Positions 48,129 to 55,928 of a stretch of 64,000 nucleotides of DNA are shown here, piece by piece (the stretch's first letter is position 1; every line of letters begins with the position of its first letter). Both the position numbers and the translations under genes were made by a program. Origin of the DNA: Rikenellaceae bacterium. GTDB taxonomy: Bacteria > Bacteroidota > Bacteroidia > Bacteroidales > Rikenellaceae. The DNA is taken from contig JAFTYJ010000072.1 of assembly GCA_017464745.1 (NCBI GenBank), forward strand, positions 3,828 to 67,827, read 5' to 3'. The notes under the pieces were generated by a model. The model was not told the DNA's origin and ran no database searches. It worked only from the letters and a program-made list of their open reading frames with translations.

Positions 48129-49203
48129 CCGAACACTCCATATCGTGCTTACGGTGGTGCTGTGGTGCGGCATCGCGGCCTACATTGCGTGGGCCTCGAC
48201 CAACGCCACGCACAAAACCGACGAGGTGAAAATCGACTCTCTGCGAGTGGTTATCAGCGACGGCGACCGCCTGACCTCCGTTACGGAGCCTATGGTGCGG
48301 GAGTGGGTTGCACGCTCGGGGGTTAAGTACAAGGGCGAGAGCGTGGGAGATGTCAATATCGCCGAGTTGCACCAATTCATCAGCAAACGAGTGTTGGTGC
48401 GCCAGGCCCGTGTCTACACCGACCTGAACGGAATCCTGACCGTTGAAGTGAGTCAGTACCAACCCATAGCGAGGGTCAAGATGTCGAGCGGCTATGATTT
48501 CTACATCACCTCCGATGCCCACATTCTGCCCCCCTCGACAAGTTATGCGGTGCACGTTCCGGTGATTACAGGTAACTTGTCGTTTATGATGCCCACGGGC
48601 TATTATGGTGACTATGAGCAGATTAAGGAGCGTCTTATTGAGGAGTATCGCACCGCGGCCGGTCGTCTTGACTCGATTGAGATGGGTCATCGCAACTCGC
48701 TGACCGAACTCAAAAACTCACGCTCCGAACTCAAAAAAGAGCGCCCCGGCAAACTATGGGGTAAGCAGCGTCGCCAACTCTGGGAAGAGAACCGTAGCCG
48801 CAACCTTGCAGAGTTGGACAACAAGATAGAATCACGCCAAAAACTGATTGACCAAACTCGTCAAAAGCGAGAAGATTTGGACGAAAAACAAAAAAAATCG
48901 GCAAAAAGATATATATATTTGTATAAACTCCTTAACTTTGTGAAGTTTGTGGAAAATGACGATTTTTGGAAGGCACAAATCGTGCAGATAAACATCGTCC
49001 GAGAGGAGGGTCACATCGCACCAATAGTCGAAATTGCACCCCGTGCAGGCCGCCATACGGTGTGTTTGGGCAGCATCGACCAGGCCGAAGCCAACCTCCA
49101 AAAACTTATGCTGTTCTACCACGAAGCGCTTGCTTGGGAGGGGTGGGACGGCTATAACTATATAGATTTGAGATACGAAGACCAAATAGTGTGTTCAAAA
49201 TAG
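48121..49203 (+). CDS. ftsQ: FtsQ-like cell-division protein with an inserted K/R/E-rich coiled-coil segment
   Basis: N-terminal TM helix, POTRA-like region, position between murC and ftsA. Confidence 0.7.
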   Translation: MFNRTLHIVLTVVLWCGIAAYIAWASTNATHKTDEVKIDSLRVVISDGDRLTSVTEPMVREWVARSGVKYKGESVGDVNIAELHQFISKRVLVRQARVYTDLNGILTVEVSQYQPIARVKMSSGYDFYITSDAHILPPSTSYAVHVPVITGNLSFMMPTGYYGDYEQIKERLIEEYRTAAGRLDSIEMGHRNSLTELKNSRSELKKERPGKLWGKQRRQLWEENRSRNLAELDNKIESRQKLIDQTRQKREDLDEKQKKSAKRYIYLYKLLNFVKFVENDDFWKAQIVQINIVREEGHIAPIVEIAPRAGRHTVCLGSIDQAEANLQKLMLFYHEALAWEGWDGYNYIDLRYEDQIVCSK

Positions 49204-49207
49204 AGTG

Positions 49208-50839
49208 ATGGATAACAAGAATTACATAGTAGCATTGGATTTGGGCAGCAGTTGCGTCAAACTCGCACTCGGAAGTGTGAGCGACGACTGGCTGACTGTC
49301 GAGGATGTTGTGTCGAAGGAGATTGCAAGCGGCGGTATGACCCGTGGCGCAATCATCAACCGTCAGGTTGTGAGTGCCGCCATACGCAGCGCCGTCGATG
49401 AACTCGAACGCAACAACGCAGTACGCATCTCGGACATTCACACCGGAGTGTCGGACAAAAACATCAAGTGTGCTACCCACGACTACTTTGTGTATGTGAG
49501 CAGCAGCGATGGCGAGATTGCACGCGAGGACGTCAATAAACTCCACGACGGAATGAACAACGTCAAAGCCGAGGACAAAGGACGTATCCTCGAACGCATC
49601 CCCCAAGTCTATCGCGTCTATGGCTCCAAAGGTGCCGATGAGGTGAAAGACCCCGTGGGTTGCTTTGGCAAGAAACTCGGCTCAACCTTCACCTTTGTGT
49701 TGGGCGACAACGATATGATTGTCCGCTACGAGGACACACTGCGCGGACTTACCCCCTGCCTAACCGCCGCATCACTCACCGCAGGCCCTATGTTTGCTGT
49801 GAAAGCCACCGCCTCGGAGGAGGAGATTGAGACGGGCGTTGTGGTGCTGGACATCGGCCGCGACACCACCGACTTGTGCATCTGCAAGGACGGCATTGTT
49901 CGTTATGTTCGCACCATTCCCCTCGGCTCGGGCGACATCAACACCGACATCCGCGAGTATGGTATCCCCGTAGGCCGTGTCGAAGGGCTCAAAAAGAGCC
50001 ACGGCAGGGCTTTGGCCGAGGATATTACCGAAGATATGACCATTATGGCCTCGCCCAACCGCAAACAATCCGTTTCGATTACCCGCAAGGCGCTGGCTAC
50101 AATCATCGAATACCGCCTCAAAGACATCATCACCTTTGTCAAAGAGGAGATTACCGACTCGGGCTACAAAGACAAGTTGCAGGGAGGTATCATCCTGCTT
50201 ACGGGTGGTGGAGCCAACCTGGCCGGTATCGACAAACTGTTTGAGCGCGAGATGGGTATGGAGGTACGCATCGCACGTCCCGATATGCACATCACACCCG
50301 CCGAGGGCAAAGAGGACCTGCTCGAAAAACCGGAGTACGCAAGCGTCATCGGTATGCTCCAAAACGCAATGGCCAACAAACACTACAACACGGTGGAGGT
50401 CATTCGTTCAATCGGTGTGAGCACTCCCCGTCCGGAGCCTAAGGTTGTGACCCCCACTCCAAATGTTGCGTCCAAGGTCGAGAAGGTTATGCCCACCGCA
50501 GCCCCTGAGTCTGTCAAAACTCCCGTGGTGGAGAAACCCAAGGCCGAGATGCCCAAAGAGGAGCCCCGTGTAGAGCGTCCCGTGGTAGAGCAAACAACTC
50601 CCGCCGTGGTGGAGCAAACAACTCCCGTGATGACCCCCCCCGCAATCGAGGAGGAGCGTCCCAAAAACGCCCTTATCGACAAGGTGCAAGGCAAGATGAA
50701 CGACCTGCTGGGTGGTGGCAAACAACCGTCGGACGAGAGTGATGACGACAATATCGCAACACCCAAAAAGAAATCGTTGTTGGAGCGTCTGCGCGACTAC
50801 ATCTTCCCCGAGGATGTCGAAGGCGACGACTACAATTAA
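49208..50839 (+). CDS. ftsA: Cell-division protein FtsA with a roughly 130-aa P/E/V/K-rich C-terminal linker
   Basis: The IVALDLGSS actin-fold start is read from ATG 49208 (the track starts at GTG 49205). LTGGGANLAGI motif. C-terminal amphipathic KKKSLLERLRDYIF. Confidence 0.9.
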   Translation: MDNKNYIVALDLGSSCVKLALGSVSDDWLTVEDVVSKEIASGGMTRGAIINRQVVSAAIRSAVDELERNNAVRISDIHTGVSDKNIKCATHDYFVYVSSSDGEIAREDVNKLHDGMNNVKAEDKGRILERIPQVYRVYGSKGADEVKDPVGCFGKKLGSTFTFVLGDNDMIVRYEDTLRGLTPCLTAASLTAGPMFAVKATASEEEIETGVVVLDIGRDTTDLCICKDGIVRYVRTIPLGSGDINTDIREYGIPVGRVEGLKKSHGRALAEDITEDMTIMASPNRKQSVSITRKALATIIEYRLKDIITFVKEEITDSGYKDKLQGGIILLTGGGANLAGIDKLFEREMGMEVRIARPDMHITPAEGKEDLLEKPEYASVIGMLQNAMANKHYNTVEVIRSIGVSTPRPEPKVVTPTPNVASKVEKVMPTAAPESVKTPVVEKPKAEMPKEEPRVERPVVEQTTPAVVEQTTPVMTPPAIEEERPKNALIDKVQGKMNDLLGGGKQPSDESDDDNIATPKKKSLLERLRDYIFPEDVEGDDYN

Positions 50840-50867
50840 ACCACCTCACCAAACACGACACAAAGCA

Positions 50868-52196
50868 ATGAGCAACGATATCTTATCAAACCTCAATGTT
50901 GAGGAGATTACCCACAGCGATATTATGGTTGTGGGCGTAGGCGGTGCAGGCGGTAATGCTCTCAACAATATGATTGACAGCGGCATCTACAACGTCACCT
51001 TTATGGCCTGCAACACCGACCAGGATGCACTCGACAACAGCAAAGCCGAACTGCGACTGCAACTCGGCAATGGCAAAGGTGCCGGCAGCAACCCCGAGAA
51101 AGGACGACTTATGGCGCTCGAAAACAGCAACGAAATCTTCGATATGATTCGTTCGTCGGGAGCGCACGTTATATTCCTAACCGCAGGTATGGGTGGAGGT
51201 ACCGGAACAGGTGCATCGCCCGTTATTGCCCGCGTGGCACAGGAGATTCACAACGCTATGATGGAGGAGGACGAGGAGTCGCTGGGAATCCTTACCATCG
51301 CCGTTGTTACCACCCCCTTCTCCAACGAAGGACACAAACGTGTCAATCAGGCACGCAAGGGTATTGAGGAGTTGCGCAAATATGTGGACGCTATCCTGAT
51401 TATCAACAACGACAGCCTCCAAGATGTGTGCGGCGATATGCCTCTGCCCCAAGCAATGAAGTTCTTGGACGGTATCCTGACCTCGGCAGTGAAGGGTATG
51501 GCCGAGATTATCACCATCTATGGCGAACACAACATAGACATCGCCGACGCCAACACCGTAATGAAGGGCAATGGTAACGTGCTGATGGGTACGGGACGTG
51601 CCAGCGGTGTGGACCGTGCCAAAGCGGTTGTGGACCAATGCTTCAACTCGCCACTGCTCGAAAATCGCGACATCAACGGTGCAACCCAAATTCTGCTCAA
51701 TATGCACTACTCGACCACCAACCCTATCACAATGAAGGAGTCGAGCCTGATTCGCAATATGTTGCAAGAGAAGGCCGGAGGAGGTGCCAACCTTATTTGG
51801 GGTGACTGTGTCAAAGAGGAGTTGGGCGACGACATCGAGATTGTTGTTGTGGCCAGCGGTTTCAACGTAGAGGAACCACACGCCATCGAGAACCCCGCCG
51901 CCGAGGATAGTATCCCCGCCACCGAGCCCACCGAGGAGGTGCAAGCAGAGAGTGGCGAGAGTGCTGCCGAACAACGCGAGGAAGAGATGGAGATTGAGGC
52001 CCAAGAGGTGCTGCGTTTCCGTGGTGTGAACCGTTACGACAACATCGACCATATTTATCGTACCCCTGCAATCAAACGCTATGGTGGTTCGTTTGAGGAG
52101 TTGCGCCCCGCCAAAAAGAAAGTCGTGGTACAACAAGTCGCAGAGTCGAAACCCGAGGCCGAGGAACCGAGCCTTGAAGGCACTCTGTTTGAATAG
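50868..52196 (+). CDS. ftsZ: Cell-division GTPase FtsZ
   Basis: Internal ATG gives MSNDIL...VVGVGGAGGNALNNM and the tubulin signature GMGGGTGTGASPVIA. The track ORF begins 52 codons upstream, inside ftsA. Confidence 0.95.
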   Translation: MSNDILSNLNVEEITHSDIMVVGVGGAGGNALNNMIDSGIYNVTFMACNTDQDALDNSKAELRLQLGNGKGAGSNPEKGRLMALENSNEIFDMIRSSGAHVIFLTAGMGGGTGTGASPVIARVAQEIHNAMMEEDEESLGILTIAVVTTPFSNEGHKRVNQARKGIEELRKYVDAILIINNDSLQDVCGDMPLPQAMKFLDGILTSAVKGMAEIITIYGEHNIDIADANTVMKGNGNVLMGTGRASGVDRAKAVVDQCFNSPLLENRDINGATQILLNMHYSTTNPITMKESSLIRNMLQEKAGGGANLIWGDCVKEELGDDIEIVVVASGFNVEEPHAIENPAAEDSIPATEPTEEVQAESGESAAEQREEEMEIEAQEVLRFRGVNRYDNIDHIYRTPAIKRYGGSFEELRPAKKKVVVQQVAESKPEAEEPSLEGTLFE

Positions 52197-52218
52197 TTTT
52201 TAATCCAAACGCTGAATT

Positions 52219-53526
52219 TTGATAGAAATCATCGAACATAGTTTCGCATCACCCGAGATTCTGATATCTCTGGTGTTGGTTGTGCTCTTGCTGTTATGCT
52301 CGGGTTTCATCTCGGGCTCCGAGACAGCCATATTCTCGCTGTCGCCCTCCGACATCGACATCGTCAAACAACGAGCCAAAGAGCGTGCACGCGGCGCCGA
52401 AGCCGTGCTGGACCTTATAGCCGAGCGCGAATATACGCTGGCTACCATCCTGATGCTCAACAATATGGTGAATATCCTTATCACCCTGCTCTCGACACGC
52501 ATTATCGATAGTACAATGGAGTTCTCGTCGGCCGGTGCAGAATTTGTCTTTGTGTCGGTGATTGTGACCTTCTTGCTGCTGTTGTTCGGAGAGGTGCTGC
52601 CCAAGGTCTTTGCCTCGCACTACTCAATGAATTTTGCTATGGCAGGTGCCCCCGTGATACGTGTTATGCGCAAAATAACCAAACCTCTGGCTACGGTACT
52701 CGTACGCTCGGGCAACAAGGTGGGCGAATTGTCGGAATCGATGCGCGACAACATCTCGCTCGACGAACTCTCGGAGGCTATCGACATTACACAAACCAAG
52801 AGTGCCGAGGAGAAACAGATGCTCAGTGGCGTGGTAAACTTTGCCGACACCGAGGTTGAGAGTATTATGTGCCCTCGTGTAGATGTTGTGGCGCTGGAAG
52901 AGAGTGTCGATTTCGACCAGGTCAAACGAGTGTTCATCTCGTCGGGATTCTCTCGAATTCCTGTCTATAAAAGTTCGCTCGACGAGGTTTGTGGTGTGCT
53001 CTATGTCAAGGATGTGTTCTCGCACCTTGACGAGGCGAGCGACTACAAGTGGACCTCGCTGATGCGCACCCCCTACTTTGTGACCGAACACAAGAAGATT
53101 GCCGACCTGCTCGAAGAGTTCCGTGCCAAACGTGTCCATATGGCTATCGTTGTTGACGAGTACGGTTCGACCCTGGGTTTGGTGTCGTTGGAGGATATCT
53201 TGGAGGAGGTTGTAGGCGAGATTTCGGACGAGTCGGATATTGACGAGGCTCAATGCTACGACAAGATTGCCGAGAACGTATGGCTGTTCGATGCCAAGAC
53301 CCACATCGGCGATATGGAGAAGATTGTGGGTGTGAGCGAGGGCCTGTTTGAGGATGTTAAAGGCGATGCCGAGACCCTTGCCGGTGTTATGCTCGAACAC
53401 AAACGTCGCTTCCTTCGTAAGGGCGACACCCTGACCCTTCACGGCGTGGTGTTTACCGTCACCGAGGCCCAAGCCCGCAAGGTGAACAAAATCAAGATTG
53501 ACACAACCAATGCGGCCGACAATTAG
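52219..53526 (+). CDS. CNNM/DUF21-CBS-CorC family membrane protein (GldE/hemolysin-like)
   Basis: DUF21 TM region, a CBS pair (RIPVY...), and a CorC_HlyC C-terminus. The track start is TTG, so the start codon is uncertain. Confidence 0.8.
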   Translation: MIEIIEHSFASPEILISLVLVVLLLLCSGFISGSETAIFSLSPSDIDIVKQRAKERARGAEAVLDLIAEREYTLATILMLNNMVNILITLLSTRIIDSTMEFSSAGAEFVFVSVIVTFLLLLFGEVLPKVFASHYSMNFAMAGAPVIRVMRKITKPLATVLVRSGNKVGELSESMRDNISLDELSEAIDITQTKSAEEKQMLSGVVNFADTEVESIMCPRVDVVALEESVDFDQVKRVFISSGFSRIPVYKSSLDEVCGVLYVKDVFSHLDEASDYKWTSLMRTPYFVTEHKKIADLLEEFRAKRVHMAIVVDEYGSTLGLVSLEDILEEVVGEISDESDIDEAQCYDKIAENVWLFDAKTHIGDMEKIVGVSEGLFEDVKGDAETLAGVMLEHKRRFLRKGDTLTLHGVVFTVTEAQARKVNKIKIDTTNAADN

Positions 53527-54163
53527 CCCCATACCACCCTATGAGGAGGCATTAAACGGGGCTGCGGACGACGACCGCCAATGGGCCGAGCAACACTTCA
53601 CAACCCCTATCCGCCGTGCCGAATGGCTCACTTGGCGCCGAGTGGCACGAGGGCTGATTGACGAGGTTGCCCCCGACGTGAATTTCCAAATAGACTACAA
53701 CGAGTGCGGAGCACCCGAGGCTCGAAGTACACCCAATCCCTGTGATAAATATTATATAGGAGTGTCGCACTGTCGCGGTTATGTTGCCGTGGTGGTAAGC
53801 GATGCGCCGTGCGGTGTGGACATCGAGCATTGCGACCGCAACTTTGAGCGAGCCTCGTCCAAGTTTCTCTCACACGAGGAGCGTGCACTCGAAGAGTGTT
53901 ATCCCGAACTGTTGGCAGGTGCCGTGTGGTGCGCCAAGGAGGCCGTTTACAAACGCTACTCGGCCGAGGGACACAAGTATCCCGACTTTTTGACCGACCT
54001 GAGGGTTACACATAGCGACCTTGCCCACGGCGAGGTGTGGGTTGCAGCGGGCGACAACGCACCCCAAAAGGTATGTATCGAGTGGAAAAAGGTGGGCGAC
54101 GACCGACTAATTGTCGCCACGGTGGGATTGCAGACGACGCAAGCGGCGAATCTCAAAGAATAG
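53510..54163 (+). CDS. 4'-phosphopantetheinyl transferase (Sfp-type)
   Basis: GVSHCRGYVAVVVSD..CGVDIE and WCAKEAVYK motifs. ATG 53510 overlaps the end of the upstream gene. Confidence 0.75.
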   Translation: MRPTISPIPPYEEALNGAADDDRQWAEQHFTTPIRRAEWLTWRRVARGLIDEVAPDVNFQIDYNECGAPEARSTPNPCDKYYIGVSHCRGYVAVVVSDAPCGVDIEHCDRNFERASSKFLSHEERALEECYPELLAGAVWCAKEAVYKRYSAEGHKYPDFLTDLRVTHSDLAHGEVWVAAGDNAPQKVCIEWKKVGDDRLIVATVGLQTTQAANLKE

Positions 54164-55489
54164 CAACACCGCCGCCAACAGCGATGCCAAGCCATCGGCA
54201 ATAGGCATACTCATCCATACTCCATCGGTGCCATAAATAGGTGGCAGCACAATCAACAACGGAACAAGGAACAACAACTGACGGGTAGTCGATAGCAGGA
54301 TTGCCCGTTTGGCTCGTTTGATGTATTGGAAGAAGTTGGATGCCACAATCTGAAAACCCACAATCGGGAATATAAACATCACCGTGCGCATAGCCTTGGC
54401 AGCAATTTCGACAAGTTGCGGACCATCGGGGTCGGAGTCACTCACAAACAGGCCTGCAATGCGGTCGGGAATGGTTTGACTCAGCACACACGCCACGGTC
54501 ATCAGCGCCACGGCACACGCTACGGTGGTCCACAGGGCACGTTGCACACGGTCGTAACGTCGAGCACCATAGTTGTAGCCCACGATAGGCTGCATACCCT
54601 GGTTGAAACCGCCAATCATCATAATAAACAGCATCACGATACGATTGACAATTCCGTAGGCACCCACATAGATGTCGCTGCCATAGGTCAGCAGCGCCTT
54701 GTTGATAAAAATCACCACGATACAGGTACACAGGTTCATCAGCAGCGGCGCCAAACCAATCGACACCACATCACGCAAAATATAGCCCCTCGGGCGGAAA
54801 ATATCGCGTCGGAAGTGCAGATAACTCTTGGAATTGCAATAGTGGAACATCTCGACCGTCAGCGCGGTAATCTGCGCCAGCACGGTGGCCAACGCCGAGC
54901 CCCTCACGCCCCACTCAAACACAAAGATAAACAGCGGGTTAAGGCATATATTGACCGCCACCGCGGTGAGCATCACACACATCGAGCGCATAGGGTATCC
55001 CGATGCCCTCAGCACCTCGTTCAGTCCGAGGTAGAGGTGTGTCACCACGTTACCCACAAGGATTACACTCATAAAGTCGTGGGCATAGGGCAGTGTGGCC
55101 TCGCTGGCACCAAACAGCAACAGAATCTCGTCGAGGAAGGTCAGACCCAGCACCGACATCAGCACACCCAACACCACATTCATAAAAACCAGGTTGCCCA
55201 GAATCTTGAACGCCTCCTGTTTGCGTCCCTGGCCCATACGAATCGAAATCATCGCCGCCGAGCCGATACCCGCCATAGCACCAAACGCCGAGCAGATGTT
55301 CATCAACGGCATTGCCACAGCCAGCGCCGACAGAGCCATAGCACCTACACCGTGGCCGATAAACACACTATCGACAATGTTGTAGATACTCGACGAAGCC
55401 ATCGCAATAATGGCCGGTGTGGCATACCCGGCAATAAGTCGCGGAATGGAAGCCGTGCCAAGTCGCTCTTGTTCGGTCAGATTCTTCAT
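54107..55489 (-). CDS. MATE family efflux transporter
   Basis: 12-TM pattern. N-terminal PAIIAMASSSIYNIVDSVFIGHGVG. ATG 55489 is preferred over TTG 55513. Confidence 0.88.
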   Translation of the reverse strand: MKNLTEQERLGTASIPRLIAGYATPAIIAMASSSIYNIVDSVFIGHGVGAMALSALAVAMPLMNICSAFGAMAGIGSAAMISIRMGQGRKQEAFKILGNLVFMNVVLGVLMSVLGLTFLDEILLLFGASEATLPYAHDFMSVILVGNVVTHLYLGLNEVLRASGYPMRSMCVMLTAVAVNICLNPLFIFVFEWGVRGSALATVLAQITALTVEMFHYCNSKSYLHFRRDIFRPRGYILRDVVSIGLAPLLMNLCTCIVVIFINKALLTYGSDIYVGAYGIVNRIVMLFIMMIGGFNQGMQPIVGYNYGARRYDRVQRALWTTVACAVALMTVACVLSQTIPDRIAGLFVSDSDPDGPQLVEIAAKAMRTVMFIFPIVGFQIVASNFFQYIKRAKRAILLSTTRQLLFLVPLLIVLPPIYGTDGVWMSMPIADGLASLLAAVLLFFEIRRLRRLQSHRGDN

Positions 55490-55626
55490 TAGGTGGGGTG
55501 ATTTGCGTGGCAAATATCCTAATTTTTTTTCAGACTTGCCATTTTCCGTATGATTTTCTTTGTATAATGTTCTTGGAGCACGCTCCGAAGGTGGCGCAGA
55601 TAGGTTTAGGGTTCACCTATGGGCAT

Positions 55627-55712
55627 AAAAAAAGAAAATCGGCTACGGGAGTCCCGTATACGATTTCCTTCACTAACCTAAAACTACTAACCTTTATGAA
55701 ACTTTGAATTTC
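55627..55712 (-). ncRNA. Candidate ~85-nt small RNA or terminated leader (promoter motif plus intrinsic terminator, no ORF)
   Basis: On the minus strand, TATCTTTG lies at 55725-55718 with a TTG 20 nt upstream. About 45 nt with no ATG follows. Then comes the hairpin AAAUCG-UA-UACGGG-ACU-CCCGUA-GC-CGAUUU (55672-55637), followed by UCUUUUUUUA. Confidence 0.35.
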
Positions 55713-55890
55713 GAGCGCAAAGATAAGGGGAAAATTTGAACTGTGCAAGTATTTTCTAAATTTTTTTAATAAAAAAGTAAAAAAACTTAATAATTAACCC
55801 ATAACCCCACCTCAGACAGGCTTCGAGAGGATTTTAGACAAAGGCCAAATAAGTCGTCACTGTGGGGTTTGCGGTTTCCAAAAAAACTTT

Positions 55891-55898
55891 TAACTTTG
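55891..55898 (+). promoter_or_regulatory. -7 promoter motif TAACTTTG for dnaX
   Basis: Exact TAnnTTTG, 31 nt before ATG 55929. Confidence 0.5.
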
Positions 55899-55928
55899 TA
55901 AATTCAATGACAAAAGCACTGGTCAGTT

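Noticed and set aside
55498-55707. 69-aa plus-strand ORF in the MATE/dnaX gap.
   Set aside because: It starts inside or adjacent to the MATE 5' end and runs through the hairpin and T-tract. Its sequence is hydrophobic and low-complexity, and no promoter motif precedes it.
55514-55928. SRP (4.5S) RNA, which often lies upstream of dnaX.
   Set aside because: I looked on both strands for the conserved domain IV motifs (AGGNCAGG ... GGAAGCAGCC-like) and did not find them.
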